Of a stretch of 64,000 bases of DNA, positions 40,284 to 54,545 are shown one piece after another. The stretch covers positions 49,476,001 through 49,540,000 of the forward strand of contig OX638153.1 in NCBI GenBank assembly GCA_951804945.1. The letters run 5' to 3'. The DNA comes from Podarcis cretensis (taxonomy: Eukaryota). A program made the translations under genes and the position numbers. How positions within the stretch are numbered: position 1 is the stretch's first letter; each line of letters starts with the position of its first letter. Under the pieces are notes generated by a model that saw nothing but the letters and a program-made list of their open reading frames with translations, was not told the DNA's origin and ran no database searches.

Positions 40284-40347
40284 GGAAAGCTTACGCCACC
40301 ATAGATTTATTAGTCGTTAAGGTGCTACGAGACTCTCTGTCGTTTTC
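40284..40347 (+). mobile_element. Short Penelope-like terminal relic
   Basis: gaaagcttacgccaccatagatttattagtcgttaaggtgctacgagactc resembles a recalled reptile Penelope terminus (gaaagcttatg...ttagtct.taaggtgccacaag). Confidence 0.5.
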
Positions 40348-40954
40348 ATTTCAAAAAATAAAATAAAAAAAAATCAAAGTATATTTGGAATTAGGATGGC
40401 AAACGCACTCCTCAAAAAACAGAGCGAAACGTCGCATCTTTCCTGTGCTAGTTGCCAAAATGCTGGTTAGCGAAAATTATATTTGGTGCTGCTGTCTATT
40501 GCATTTCCGAATTATAGGTGCTGAATATATAGATTTATCCACAATTTTATTTTTAAAAAAAATCAGACGCAAGGAATATAACTCCCCCCCCCTCCCCTCT
40601 CCACATTTTTCTTACATTCCAGAAATGTTTTTATCCGGGCTCTATTGAAACACCAGTTTGCTGCTGCTGCAGCAGCAACAAAATCCATCCCGCTCCTTTT
40701 CTTGGAATTTAAACCTTTGCGTGCATTTGAAAATGGATTTTGGACTCCTCATTTGCAAATCACTTCCGTTGAAGTCTGTATTTTCAGGCGAACATCTTCC
40801 CAATTTTCTCCTTTGGATGTGGGAATCAAACACCCATTCTTTGCATCTGGCAAAACCCTGAGGTAAGGAGAGGAAGCGACTTTTCCTTTCCACCTGATCT
40901 ATACTGTACTCGGGATGTGCCTGATTCCTAGCCTAGGGATTTGAGGCGATAAAC

Positions 40955-40956
<2 letters not shown>

Positions 40957-41024
<68 letters not shown>
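40957..41024. repeat. (CT)n(CA)n compound microsatellite
   Basis: Read directly. Confidence 0.95.
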
Positions 41025-41026
<2 letters not shown>

Positions 41027-43293
41027 AAGACCCACTAGACTAGAGAATAAACTAAGGGTTATGAAGCGCTGTCCCGCTCCGTGCTGGCTGGGACCAGATC
41101 GCTCGCGAAGTCCTGCGCTGCCTTTTACGCGCGACAGCAACCTGGACACGCTGCCCCAGGCAGTGCGCCACCCAGTTCCCCCTGGAAGAGCTCCCTTGAT
41201 CTCCGTTTGGACAGGGACTTCCACGAAAATTTTCCAGACTGCAGGACTTGTGCCCCGTCGCTGGAGCCCCCTCCCCACTTCCTCATGCATGCCTGATGTC
41301 CGGATGTGGAACTCTTAAGCCTGATCCAGCGACCTCTTCGCTTGCTCTCTCCAAATCCCAGCGCTCTCTCCAGCTGCCCCTTCTCGCTTTGCCTTCGGCG
41401 GACCAAGTCGCGTCGACAAGGATCGGGAGCCTCGCCAGGCTAACTGGCCCAGGCAAACTCCGCCTCGCGAGAAGCTAGTCCTTCCTAGCGCGAGGAAGAA
41501 GGCAGATAATGTTCATAGAAATTCCCAAGCAAGACCATTCCAAGGATCGTGGCACAGCACCTTAGGTGCTGCAATAACCTCCACCACGAACCTGTGGTTA
41601 TTCCACCACCTCCGTCTCTTAGCATCTTTAAAATGGACATTCGCTATAATAATTAAAATCATTAGGGAACTTTCTTGTGGTTTCTAGCAGAGTCTGGCTC
41701 GAACTTTTAAAAGCGTAGATTGCGTGGATTAAGAATTTGGAAACTTCAGATTAGATCCGTATTTACAAGTTTCTAGTCCTCGTGGTTGGGGGGGGAGGGG
41801 GATGTACCAGCAGTGGTGAAATCCAGAATGATTAGAATCAACGCAAACCCCAAGCCAATTTAAAGGCTCGCACATCAGATGAACAATAGTATCGCAGCTT
41901 CCATTGTCGAAGACTTCCGTTTTTCGGAAGGATCCATGACATTTTCCGCGTTGCCCCTCGAGTCTATATACCGGGGGGGGGGCTAACCCGCGGGTTATCT
42001 ACTGCCCTAAATATCGGCCGTTTCTCTCCAGATTCCTTTAGAGAAGAATAGGGGGAAAGCCCTGATCGGTTGCCCAGAAGCCTCAAACTTCATAGGTCCT
42101 CGAATAGATGGTGCGCACAAGATGTTGATGTGTATTATATTCATCTAATTCACACAATATATTCCTTCTGCCTGTGCCTTTGCCGTGCTAAAATTTATTC
42201 ACTCACTGTCCTCCTCGTTTTCTCTTCTGTAATACTGTATGGGGAAAGATATTACTGTGTCTTCTTGGTCTGCCTTACAACAATTCTCTGCGCAACGTCA
42301 ACTAAGGGTGGGAATCCAACTCAGAGTAGACCCATTGGAATTAAGGGGCACGACTAACTTGGGTGCATTATTTTCAGTGGGTCTGCTCCAAGCGAAATTC
42401 AGCTGGCTACAACCCGAAGGGTCTCGTAGGACCTTAAAGGTTAGCCAGCGTTCTTATAGTACAGGCCACATTGCCAGATGCATGAAGCGTAATAGCCGGT
42501 TATTAGGGATGTCTATGTAGGTGTGGACAGAGGTAGAGATATGATTATTGTAATTGTTCCTGAGTTCACAGTTCTGCAAAGTGCTCTGAAGCCTCTAGAC
42601 CAGCGGTGGCGAGGTAGTGCACCCATTTATGGCGGGCAAGGATTTCACACAACGCATGTGTCCCGCTTGAAGTCAGTGGCAAACGCCTCTGTCGGTTTCC
42701 ACGGGGTCCTGCGAGGAGCCCGCAAGTCAAGCTCATGCTAAAATGGAGAGCTCTACTTGAAGTCAGTTGTGACTAGTTCGTTGGATACTTTCGTTACTGC
42801 AAACGAAAGCACGAGAAATACTTGACCTCTGGAGTGAAGAAACATCCGGGACATTTCGTGTATGCGTGTGTGGAGAAGTTTATCCACAATCCAATGACAC
42901 CCATTTAGTCCTGCGCTCCCGGCAGCGCCGCTTCCTGCCACCACTGATCCACAACCAGATAGGCCAGCCAGGCTTCTTTCCGCTGGTCGGTTTCCAATAC
43001 TTTTTGTTTATTTCCCCATTCAAGAAACTGACCGGCGAAGGTGAGTTTTGTAGTTTATTCATTTTTTGTTGCTCTCCTCCTCAGTTCCCACCTGGGAGGC
43101 AGAAAGAGCCACCTTGAGTCGGCTCAGTGGCGTCACCCAGGCCTGGAGCGAATTAGGCTTGACTACCAACTGTTGAAGCGGTTTGCGGATCGCAGCTTCT
43201 TCTGGGCTTTGACGAGCTTTAGGCCTTCCTGGATGAGCTTGGTTTTCCACCCACCTTCTCCTTTCCCTCCCGCTTTCATTTTTGGAGTTGCAG

Positions 43294-43294
<1 letters not shown>

Positions 43295-43341
<47 letters not shown>
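43295..43341. repeat. (CT)n microsatellite
   Basis: Read directly. Confidence 0.95.
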
Positions 43342-43346
<5 letters not shown>

Positions 43347-46300
43347 CCAGCAGTCTGGAGCGTGAATTACAGAGGAGACAGACAGAAGGCATTTAACCGA
43401 GGAGACAGAACACATTCAAATAATAAGTCAGCCCCGCTTCTAAAGCACAGATTCAATATTAGCACATTAAAGTGTCATTTAGGATACTAATTAATACTTA
43501 TTTCGTTTTAAATCATGCTTTTTTCAAGGGCTTCAAGAGCGTAATTTGCTTGCAGTGGCATCTTATGACTAGGAACATAAGTATGCGGAATTGAGACTCA
43601 CACACACACACAAACCTTTGCTGATTCCCTCCCTCCCTCACCCAACTGTGCATTTCCCAAACAGCAACGCTCGGCAATCCCACGCTCGCGCCCGAGACGT
43701 GACGCGCTGAGATAGAACTTGGCGTTTCTCCTTCTGTGCGCGGAGTTTGGCTGGGCCTAATACGAATGTGACGTTTAGACCAACGCAAAAAGGTCTTCTG
43801 AACAAGCTAGAATGAGGTCTCAGGTGAACTGGGAGCCTTGTCTCCCTTCCCAAGAGATCTCCAATATTGGGATTTTTGAAAAGAGGGAGCCCAATAATGA
43901 AGGGCGGCTTCTTGGTTAGGGATCTGCAGTTGTACAAACAGGTCCAAGTTGCAATCCACAATTCCCCAGCCTCTTGAGCTGCTCCTTCTCTTTTGAATAG
44001 GGCTACTCACGAGAAAACGGCTCCTGTCTCTGGAGTGCAAGAGGGCATGCTCAGGGCTTTAGAATTGGGTCCTTAGCTGTGTGCCTTTGGGAGTAAATTC
44101 AACCCAAAAGGAATGGGCCGGGCGGTTCCCAGTCTCTGCGTTAACTTCACACTTCTTCCCTAAGCCCTTTTAGGGAGAAGTTCTTTGAGTGAAATTCTTA
44201 GTAAGTTTTAAAAGGGTGAAGTGGGGCAGAACCAGGGTGCGAGTCTGGCATCTAAACCTTAAAGCCTATTTATTATTGTGGATTTTTAATAATGTTGCAG
44301 TATATGTTTGAAAAGCAGTTTTTATGCCGCTATGTAGAAGTAAACCTTAAGGTTTCCCCACGTCCATTTAGCTCATTGGCTTAATGCCCACTATCCTAAA
44401 TTCGCCAGGTAACATTCTGAAGAGCGGGCATCTATGAGATGGGTCACAAAAATAAGCTTCCGAATTCTGTTAGTTTTTAATGACAGAAATAGGTTTGTTT
44501 GGGGTGAAGTATTTGACAGATATAGAAGGAAAGTAAAGCTTTCATGGAAGCGTGAAAAGGAAGTTGGGAACATTTTGAAACTGAACAAAAAGTTCCCTTA
44601 GGCCTAATCCGTTTTGATCCGTAGCTATGATTCTCCTTTTTTGTAACCCTTTTTGAATGCCTGGCACGCCCTGAGTTACGTTTGCTTAGACTCTAGAGTA
44701 AGTAAATCCTTCGGAGCTACTCCTCCAAGTGAGAGGACTGAGGATCTAGCGCAGCCGAAGCTGCGACGACTTTGCTAAAGATTTGCAGTCACTTTTGCTG
44801 ACTCCAAAGAGCTTTTGCACCGGAGTAATTGTATCGGGAATCCCTTCCCATTTTTTCTCCTCTTCCCGTTGTGGCTTTTAAAACAAACCTGTCTTACATA
44901 AACATTCATTCCAGTCAAGGTACAGAAGCTGTGCGCTTGAGGATTTGCCCGCGGGACTTGAGTCCATGTGCGCTTAGGACTGGACGCTTCTAGTTCCATT
45001 GACTGAGTTGGACCTTAAGATCAGCTTAACCCTGTCCGCTGGAATGTGGATCAAGCTCAGTGTGTGCGCAGCATCGTAACTTCTTGAGCATAAAAGTCCT
45101 ACCTTCTCATATTCCTTCGGGCACCTAACGTCTGAACTCCTAAGCTTATCTACGATTATCTCCCCCGTGGACGCACCCAGTCTTGCACACCTATACACGC
45201 CAGAGAGCCTACGGGAGCTAGCTTAGATCAGAGGACATTGAACTGGTATTTGAACACAAGGGTTGCGGGATTCCTTCATCCAGCTGAAAAGGTATCCTAA
45301 ATTGTGTGGCCCCACATGGCACCAAAAGAACTCGAGGGAAGTCCAAACCAGCGGACCCGAGAGAAGATAGACGGCACGGACTGGGTCTCGTGTGTCAGAC
45401 TGCCTTGTTCGTGACAGTTTACGCACTCGGAGGTTCGTGGGTTGTTGTTTAATTTAACGTCACACAGGGCAACCTGTTTTGTTGGCTCGACTCCGAAACG
45501 TTATCAGAGACATTTTTAGCTTAAGCATTGGGGGCGAGCAGGCGGTGGGGCTGCGGGAGGATTTTCTGTTGTGCGAAGCCACGTTTCTGAAGCTGCGCTG
45601 CGGCTGGTTTTCGACGGGGCGCCTGGTTCTTCTTGTCTGCAAGACGCCTCTGCCCAAAGGCACCTGAAACAAGCCGCTCGTAAAACAGGCTCCGATGAAA
45701 TCCTTGCTTGTAATGACACAAGCAAACCAACCGACCGACACCTCTTTAAGTCACAAACGGGGTTTAGGGTATTTGGCACCGCAGTCGGGATAAAATGCCA
45801 GGTTCCTGGGACCGAACGTCCGACCGTTTTAAAACTGACTTCTAGTACTTTCTTTCTAAGCAAGCCTTGGAGCGCAATAGGATCCTCTCCGGAGCAAACG
45901 TCCTTTTGAAAGGGCTCCTGTCCTCCCCAAACAGAAAGGCTTCCGTCTCACTGGATGCCAACCTGGATGCCCTACGTCCGAGGAAGGGAGCGGGAGAGAA
46001 ATATAGACAGGCTGCCCCCACGCTCCAGCTGGGATTTGCTTGCGCATAAGTGTGCGTAAAGATCTGGGAGAATGCTATGTTTCGGCTTCACAGGGTACAA
46101 GCTGGAAGTTCTCCTCCTCAATCCACTCCCCTGTCCTTGAAATCTAGGAGAAACATTGCTCCCTTGTTGCATTCCACAGACAGGAAAACAGGAGCGCAGT
46201 GGACCGCCCTCCGCCTCCCGCGATCCCTTCGCAGGTTGCCTCGCTGTCCAGACTCAATAGAAAGCAGGCGACGTTGCGACGGCGAACTTAGAGCGGCGAT

Positions 46301-48052
46301 CTGTGGTATCAATGGTCAGCTGCTCCAGACTGCGTTTCTTGGTTGTGTGTGAGAGAGTGGAGCGATTTCAAGTTTGTTCAAAATGGTTAGTTTTGCAGTT
46401 GGGCGAAGGGGTGGTATACATTGTGAGCCTGTGTGAGTTTGTGTATATCGGATATCCCTGGCCTAAGATTACAAAAACTCCTTTCTAGCTACAAAGATGC
46501 ACATCATTATCCTTTTGGAAAGGATTGGGAGAAAAGATGCAGTGCGTTTAAACTGTGCGTTGGACTTATTCAGTGGGTTAAGGATTTTAGAAACACATTT
46601 TAAAAATCATTTTGGAAAAAAGTGAATTGAAAATAAAATATTTTAATAAAGATAATAAAAATATTCAAGTCTGACTCTAATTTCTTTCCGGGCCCCTTTT
46701 TGGGGTGTGTAAACTTTTAAAATAAAAGATAACTTGAAACGAATGGCTGGGACATAGAGCCACTGTGAGCTGATGCTGTGATTTCTGGGAATGGTAAGAG
46801 AAGCAGTCATTGCCCAAATACACATTGTTACACTCCCCTTCAAGTAACTTAAGTTAACTCAACAGCGGAAGACTTTGGAGTTATATTTGCCCCCTGTTCC
46901 TTACATAAAATGTAGTCAGATTACAGATCTGAAATTCTTACAGAGGTCATTATTGCTTGTACCATGGCAGGGAGTTCATTTTCATCCCTTTCTCAGCCCT
47001 AGCCAGACTAAAATAAAGCATCCAAAATAAAATTGGGGGCGGGGGGGAATCACCAGCCTTTTCCATGGAGAGCAATGAGAATGATCTCACAACCATTAAC
47101 GTGAAATATTGGCTTCACATCAGGCAAGAACAGCGGACAACAGACCTGAAAGGAAAAATATGTTCTGTAGAGATTTAATTGGTCAAGTTTTAACGACAGG
47201 TTTTTCTTATAGAATGCAGGGTGGGGTGGGGCATTTATCTTAAAGCCAGCACAGATGGTTAGATGTTCAATAGGATATGCAAACGAAAGAAGATCTTTGT
47301 GAAGATACAGTGTATGATAAAACAGCCTGTTGCACAATAGGTAATACCTCAAGGCTAAACCACTGAGGTGTGCACACTCCATTACAAGAAGTGGGGTTTA
47401 CTTCCAAGAAAATTCCTGGGGGTGGATGAAAGAGGGAGGGGGAGCCAAAGAGGGAAGTTGGGAGAGAATGTTCAACACACACATATTTAGCCATTCCAAA
47501 ATGATCTAACCAATAGATAATTTAAAAACAGAGGGGGGATTTATGCAGAGATTTGATAGATGCAATGATAAGTGAGGATATGATATCATATGGCAACAGT
47601 ATTATGTACACAAACCATACAGACACAAAAATAACAATTCCCACACACATCACAAAAAGGTCAGTCATCGGAATCCATTTCTCAAGGATTACTCCAGTTT
47701 CTCAAAGTTCATCTGGGACGTACTTTCTTAGGTTGCAACTAAGCTGATGGTGGCAAGGGGTCAGCAGCGCTCAGTAGAATTCTCTAGTTTGCTATCTCTG
47801 GCTCATGGGAACCGCTTCATTGAAACCATGGAATTATTATGGAAGATGTAGATAGGACCGTCAGCAGTGGTGCCACCAAGAGGAGACTTTGGGTCCACAA
47901 CCCGGCTCAGCAGAATGAGCAGGAAAGCCCCTAACAAAACAGGGTTCCCACTTTGAAGGAAGTAAAGTCATACACATTACCATCTAAAGAGGGAGGCCTT
48001 GAAAGGTGATTAAACTCAGAGCCTAAAATTATCTAGCTCTACCTAACTGGCC

Positions 48053-48414
48053 GGGGGACGCAGGTGGCGCTGTGGGTTAAAGCCTCAGCACCTAGGACTT
48101 GCCGATTGAAAGGTCGGCGGTTCGAATCCCTGCGGCGGGGTGCGCTCCCGCTGCTCGGTCCCAGCGCCTGCCAACCTAGCAGTTCGAAAGCACCTCCGGG
48201 TGCAAGTAGATAAATAGGGACCGCTTACCAGCGGGAAGGTAAATGGCGTTTCCGTGTGCAGCTCTGGCTCGCCAGATGCAGCGATGTCACGCTGGCCACG
48301 TGACCCGGAAGTGTCTCCGGACAGCGCTGGCCCCTGGCCTCCTAAGTGAGATGGGCGCACAACCCCAGAGTCTGTCAAGACTGGCCCGTATGGGCAGGGG
48401 TACCTTTACCTTTT
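48053..48414 (+). mobile_element. Sauria SINE, full length, 13-bp TSD
   Basis: gggacgcaggtggcgctgtgggttaa head and ACCTTT tail. TSD TACCTAACTGGCC at 48040-48052 and 48415-48427. Confidence 0.93.
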
Positions 48415-50806
48415 TACCTAACTGGCCACCTGGAAAAAAACTGTAGGGTACACATGTGAGTGAAAAGCCTCTGAACATGTAGGTATCCTCCTACTACTGC
48501 TAGCATTTCAAATGGTACATTTGAGGAAGGCTGGGCCATGCATTTGTGCTGGAAAGCAGTATGAGATCCCACATGTGAGATGATTGTGGCATGTCATAAT
48601 CCACATGTAGGTTTCACATTAATTGCTGCATGGAAGGGTCTTCTGTAAGAGAACGTTGTAACATTTCTAGTGAAGTTTTAGTGTCACTCAGAATCACAGA
48701 GGCTAAATAACCAAATCTTTGCAGAGCACAAAGACCTTTGCTATGCTCAACCTTTCTCTCTCCCCCACTCCTCTTTCTAAACGAACTGTAGAAAAGTGGA
48801 CAATAACTGTAGAAAAGTGATCTGCGGATAATTGCACCAACAAACTAACATCTGTTTGCCACTACAATGCTTTTTTTTTTCTTTTGCAAGAAAAGGATGG
48901 TCTAAGTGCTTGCTGAAACTTGTTCAGACTTTTTTTAAAAATGTGTTTTGAAACTCATTACCATACAGAGAGCAAAGCAAATAGCAGTAGCAATTATTAA
49001 GCTGCAAGGAGCTCTGATTGACTGCACATGTGCTAGGGTTCCTCAGCTAGCCAAGCCTGCTTTGCATGACCACTTAAAGGAATTATTTCTCAATCAGCCT
49101 AAATGGAACATGTCTGCAATAAACAGGTGATGCAAATCTGTTTTTGCTACTCACAAAAGCCATTCACAGAAGCCTCCATAAAAAGCTATGAGTGCAACAC
49201 ATTTCCAATGCCGGCATCTGCGTAGTGATGGTTGAACTCTCATCATACTGAATTATAATTTAGCAACCAATTGTGAACATTGTTGGGAAATCCCTACCCC
49301 CAAGAGTTCTAAACTGGCCTGCATGAGGGTGGTGTGGTTTTGCAGTGGCTCTTGGGAACTGTAGCACAGAGTGAAATGGGGGGGGGAGTGGAGAACAACA
49401 GCAGTTCTGCCAGGAGTAAGAGGGGGGCACACCAGGGCAGTGGAAACTGGTCCATGAGGGTGAATGCAGCAGTGCTCCACCAACATTAGTATGCTCGCAG
49501 CCAGCTCCCACCTGCCTGCCTTCATTCTTGCAGCCAGCCCAGGAACTGTCAGCTTCTTCCTTCTCAGTGTTGCCCTTGTAAAACTCAAGAGGGAGAAGGG
49601 TGGGTTCAAAACTAGAATGAACAGGTGCCACCTGTCATTGTCTCTGGTGCCACCTACTGTTGGACTCCCTGCCTTTCGCCCAGTCCATGGACTAGGGGTC
49701 TGGTTAGGGGGTGGTTTGGCCTTTTGTGCAAGGCACTGTACCTCCTGACCCTCCCCTCCTTTTCAAATAAACTTTGCTTACAGAATGACAGCATGTGCTA
49801 CAAAGCACAGTACCAGTGAACACCCAGCTTCACCCTTCAGGTATGTGGGGCCCAAGTAGTGCCAGATATACATACAGGATGAGTGGGCTACAGCCCAGGG
49901 CATCCATCTAGGTCCTAGGGTGACCTTGGCCTCTTGCCATTTTTTTTAAAGGCAGCTTTTACTATCTAGGCCCAGTTGCTTAGTAACATTAAGCATGTGG
50001 CACATGAGTCTATACATGTGGCACATGAGTCTTTAACAGTCATACAAATGCGTACTTACCATTTAGTAAGAATCAAATGGTAAAGTCAGCTGTGAAGCAA
50101 TACAAGTGTTCAGATCACTGTGTATCATTATAGTGTGCATTTTGAGAACAAGTGAGGATTCTTTTTATATGACTGTGAATCACTATAATATTTAATTTTG
50201 ATGTCATATGGCTTTGTACAGCAGGCAGAAGCAGCCCTACAGAATCCCCCAGATACTGTACAGAACATTTGTTTCTAAACAGAAGAAAATCAAGCAGACT
50301 ACCCCGAACAGTCTAAGCAGACTGAAGAACAACCCTGGGCACCCAAGCGGCCAGCTATGCCGCTGATCAAATAATATTCCAGGAGAAAATTCAGACAGCT
50401 TTTCCAAATGTGTAAACAATTTTCAAATTGTGCCTGTGTTTAATGGTTACAAACTGTACTGGTGAAAGATAATTTTCTGCACTAAAAAGGATAAAGGATG
50501 ATCCATAGTCAACAATGTCCCAAGATTGGTTGCCTGATCTAAGTGTTCTCTGCACGGAAAATGTTAAACTGCAACTGACTGATTTTAATGATATAATTGA
50601 TAAGTTGACGAAACCCTTAATGCCTCCTTTTTGTTTGATACAATGGAGTTTATTTATTTTGGTGTGTAAGCAAAGGGGTTTCCTCTATCTGACATAGCAA
50701 GCTGATTTTCATATCCAGGCCCAAATATTTATTTCTTAATTTTATTCTACAAAGCCACCATCTTCATACTAACCTCTGTAAGCATTATACATATCACAGT
50801 CAAATA

Positions 50807-51144
50807 GGTAAAGGTAAAGGGACCCCTGACCATTAGGTCCAGTTGCAGATGACTCTGGGGCGGGCTGCGGCGCTCATCTTGCTTTATTGGCTGAGGATCA
50901 TGTGGCCAGCATGACTAAGCCGCTTCTGGCGAACCAGAGCAGCGCACGGAAATGCCATTTACCTTCCCACTGGAGTGGTACCTATTTATCTACTTGCACT
51001 TTGACATGCTTTCAGACTGCTAGGTTGGCAGGAGCAGGGACAGAGCAACGGGAGCTCACCCCGTCACGGGGATTTGAACTGCCGACCTTCTGATCAGCAA
51101 GTCCTGGGCTCTGTGGTTCAACCCACAGCGCCACCTGTGTCCCT
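50807..51144 (-). mobile_element. Sauria SINE, both ends intact, small internal deletion, 13-bp TSD
   Basis: ggtaaaggtaaagggacccctgaccattagg ... cacagcgccacctgtgtccc. TSD TCACAGTCAAATA at 50794-50806 and 51145-51157. Confidence 0.93.
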
Positions 51145-51835
51145 TCACAGTCAAATAAGCATAGTACAAAAGAGAGGCAATTAAATGAAGGTAAGGGGGC
51201 CTGCCACAGAGATGAGCAAAACAAGGCCCAATCTCTTCCTTTCTGAGCTGTTTCAGAAAATTATTTGAAAGTTCAGCAAGGCCCCAGTCATGAAGAATCC
51301 AAGGGAGGGAAACCAACAGCAAGAATGTCCCCTTACCACTCCTCTTTCCTTGATGAAACCGGGGGGGGGGGGGCTCCCCCACCTTGTTGTGAGCCCCTCT
51401 GCTCCTTCCTTTTCCTGAAAGCCTACCTTCCAGTTGCAGTCAGGGTTGTGTGCAAAGGAGAGGGCTGCTTCTTGGATCTTGGCTCTAAAGCCTCACTAGC
51501 AGGATGTTCCCTGTGCAAAGTCCACTGCATGTTTTACTTGGCCAAGGCTTCTGGCTCATCCACAATCCCCAGGTACCCAGGATTTTTGCATGTGGGTGAA
51601 AGTGCCTGAGAAGCAGCTTTCTAGAGCATAAATCAGCTCAATACGTCATTACTAGGATGAGGCTGTTTTTGACCCTCCTCCCATTCTGAAATTTGGCATC
51701 ATCACTGTCATCATCATTGCATCTACACATGAATGACAACTTGTGTCTGAGAATTGATCTTTTACTTAATTTATTATGTTTACAGTTTAGCTCATTTATT
51801 TTTTACAATTTCTATACAGACTAGGGAATCTACAT

Positions 51836-52016
51836 GGAAGGGTTGTAGCTCGGTGGTAGATCATTTCTTTGCATGCAGAATATCCCAAGTTCCATCTCCA
51901 GCATCTCCAGATATAGCTGGGAGAGTCCCTTGTCTGAAGCCCTGAAGAGTGGCTGCCAGTCAGAGTAGACCATGTTGAGCCAGATGGACCAAGTATATGG
52001 CAGTTCCCTATATTCC
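51836..52016 (+). mobile_element. tRNA-derived SINE with CR1-type tail (Squam2-like)
   Basis: A-box gtagctcggtggtaga, tRNA-like ttgcatgca loop, tail agatggaccaa...ggcagttccctatattcc. A degenerate minus-strand relative lies at ~63020-63120. Confidence 0.7.
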
Positions 52017-54390
52017 CAATCAATGGATGGTTGAGGTAGTGCGAATCTGTTGTACTCCTTCTGTTTATACCTAACTAACTCAAGGAGAAATAAAAGTTCC
52101 AAGGAATTGTGTGTGTCTTCATTGCAATGGGGGTACTGTACTATGGAGGGCTCAGCCTGCCTTCAGGCTCCTATCTTTGCCTTTTATGTGGTTTGTTGCC
52201 AACAAGGTCCCTTCGTCCCACCAATAACATATTTTAGGAGTCCCTCCGCAAACTTGGTGGACATTGGGATTGAAATGGTGTGTGTGCACCACGTCATGTG
52301 ATCAATTATGCAGGGCGGGACTTACCTGCCCCCCCCCCCTATTTTATTCAAGTTTGCACTCCTGAATCCAGCAGTGTGGATGAAGACACAAGAGACAATT
52401 TCCAAACTTTACAGCAGATGGTTGGGGCTTTCTAAAATTTTAAAGCCATCGGTGCTTCTACACAGCAGTTTATTGTGGACTAGTGTGCTGCTCTTGCATA
52501 CGGGCTTACCACACCATGTCATCCTCATCAAACTGTCAACCCATATTTCCCCATTTAATTCAGAGTCAGTTTTTGCAGAAAATCCCATAAGTGAAAAACA
52601 AAAAAAAAATCCACAAAAGGTAAATTCAGATTAAATTGGGGGATGGAGGATAGGATGGCATTTTGTTGAGGATGTATGTGGATGCTGTAGAAAACAAAAC
52701 AAAACAAAACAAAACAAACAAAACCTTTCATGAATGAGCAGTGCACTAGATCACAATAAACTAAGTATGGAATTATCCAGTATTATTAATTGGTTGTGGT
52801 CGTTGTTTTCTCCTCACTTAAATCTTGTTGAGCAGCTACAAGTTTGGTATAGAAACTGAACCAAGAGTGAGAATCACTCAGAGTCAAGTGATAACACATT
52901 CATGTGCTCTTGTGGCTGAGAAGAAGTGGTCTGCCCAAGACCACCTAGTGAGTCTAGGCTTGGTTGGCACTGAATGAGACCGAAGCTGAAGTTCACTGAC
53001 CAGCACTATCATTGTTACTATTTTAAGCTTGCAGAATTCTCCTTGTATGAAATTGGTTTTGGAACCCTTTCTAAATATTCAATTTTCTCTTTCCTGGCAA
53101 GCTAGTCCAATAGAAAACACACCCTACTGGCTGGTTGCGATTCTGCCAGACCACAACTACAAATGCCAATTGCCTCTCAAAACTGTTTGGCACTCAGTTG
53201 ACTGTAAAATGTGCCACTGGTATTGGGGGGGGGATGCTGGTCAATTCGCATGCATCCCAGTCCAGCAAAACCCTCAGGCTCTAGACAAGTGTATAGCTGC
53301 ATTGACTTCATAAGGCTCAGTCAACAGGTGAGCTTTGTAGATGCAATTCCCTGGGTAACATAATGAAGGATTAGCAGCCTCTTGAAGACTGGAATCCATG
53401 AAAAGAAAATTAAGGCCAACAGTAATGGGTTATCTGCAGGTTATTGATGCCATGAAAAGTCCTTCCACCCTTAAAAGAAGAAGAAGAAAATAAGATAAGA
53501 GAAATCAAGGCATATGCCCCCACAGTCAAAGGAAGATTCCTGTAGAAATAGCTGTGAATGATAGTTTAGAATCACAAGGACTTGTAGTGGGGATGGTGTA
53601 TCTTGTCATGAATGACACCTTAGTCACTATCCAAATGGTGCCTGCACTAATCACACAATCACATTATACACAGGAGTATTGTTGGTGATGGTGGAGCTAT
53701 CTAAAAGGCTATCTAAACCAGCAACCCCTCAAATTGTGCTTAGTTCCATGCAACAGCAGTGCAGCCTAGGATCTGTCTCCCTTCTTGTATAATCAAATGG
53801 GTTCAGTTATGCTTTCGTTTCTCACAAAATGATCCTCTGTACGAGCTTCCCCAGAGTCTAATGTGCCCATGAAGTAAAAAAATCCAACAATATTGGTTGC
53901 ACAGATGTCAAGTGCAGGTGTTAAAATAGTTTATTACAGTGTAATTAATGACGAAGTGAATGAAAGTTTGTGCAGACGTTAAGCTCAGTGAATTGTGCTT
54001 GAGTAATCCGTAACCATGTTATACGCTGCAATCTAATGCCCTGCTTTGTAAATCTGGACCACATTGTAATCCGTTTCTCATTAAAAGCATTTCATGTTGG
54101 TTTATGAATCACTTTCTGCAATGCCTAAGTACACTTTAACACACTTCATCTCTAGTCTGTAATTTACAACTTTTAAGACATCATGTGCTACAACTCAGAG
54201 CTGCTCCTGGGCATCCAAGAAGTAAAAAATAATTTAGGTTCGGAATATATCTGCTGTTACATCAGAATAGTGGAATGTTCCAGGACGGCCCAATTCAGCA
54301 TTCTCAGGGACCAAGCTGTTCTACAGATTACCGGTATTGTCCATAGTTCAGGAGTATATTTTGCTGAACCAGCCGATACTCATGAGTGGT

Positions 54391-54545
54391 CATAAGAAGA
54401 ACTGGATCATACCAAAAACCTATCTAGTCCAGCAACCTGTTTCTCCCAGCAACCAACCAGTTGCATATGGGAAGCCCTCAGGCAGGATGTGAGGGCAATA
54501 GCCCTCTCCCACTGTTTTACTCCAGAAGCTGGTATTTGGAGGCAT
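54391..54545 (-). mobile_element. CR1-type 3' UTR fragment
   Basis: cataagaagaactggatcatacc...atctagtccagcaacctgt...catatgggaagccc resembles recalled reptile CR1 3' ends. Confidence 0.6.

Noticed and set aside
48056-48072. CTCF-like GCAGGTGGCGCTG in the Sauria SINE head
   Set aside because: Only the 3' half matches, and it overlaps the Pol III A-box region.
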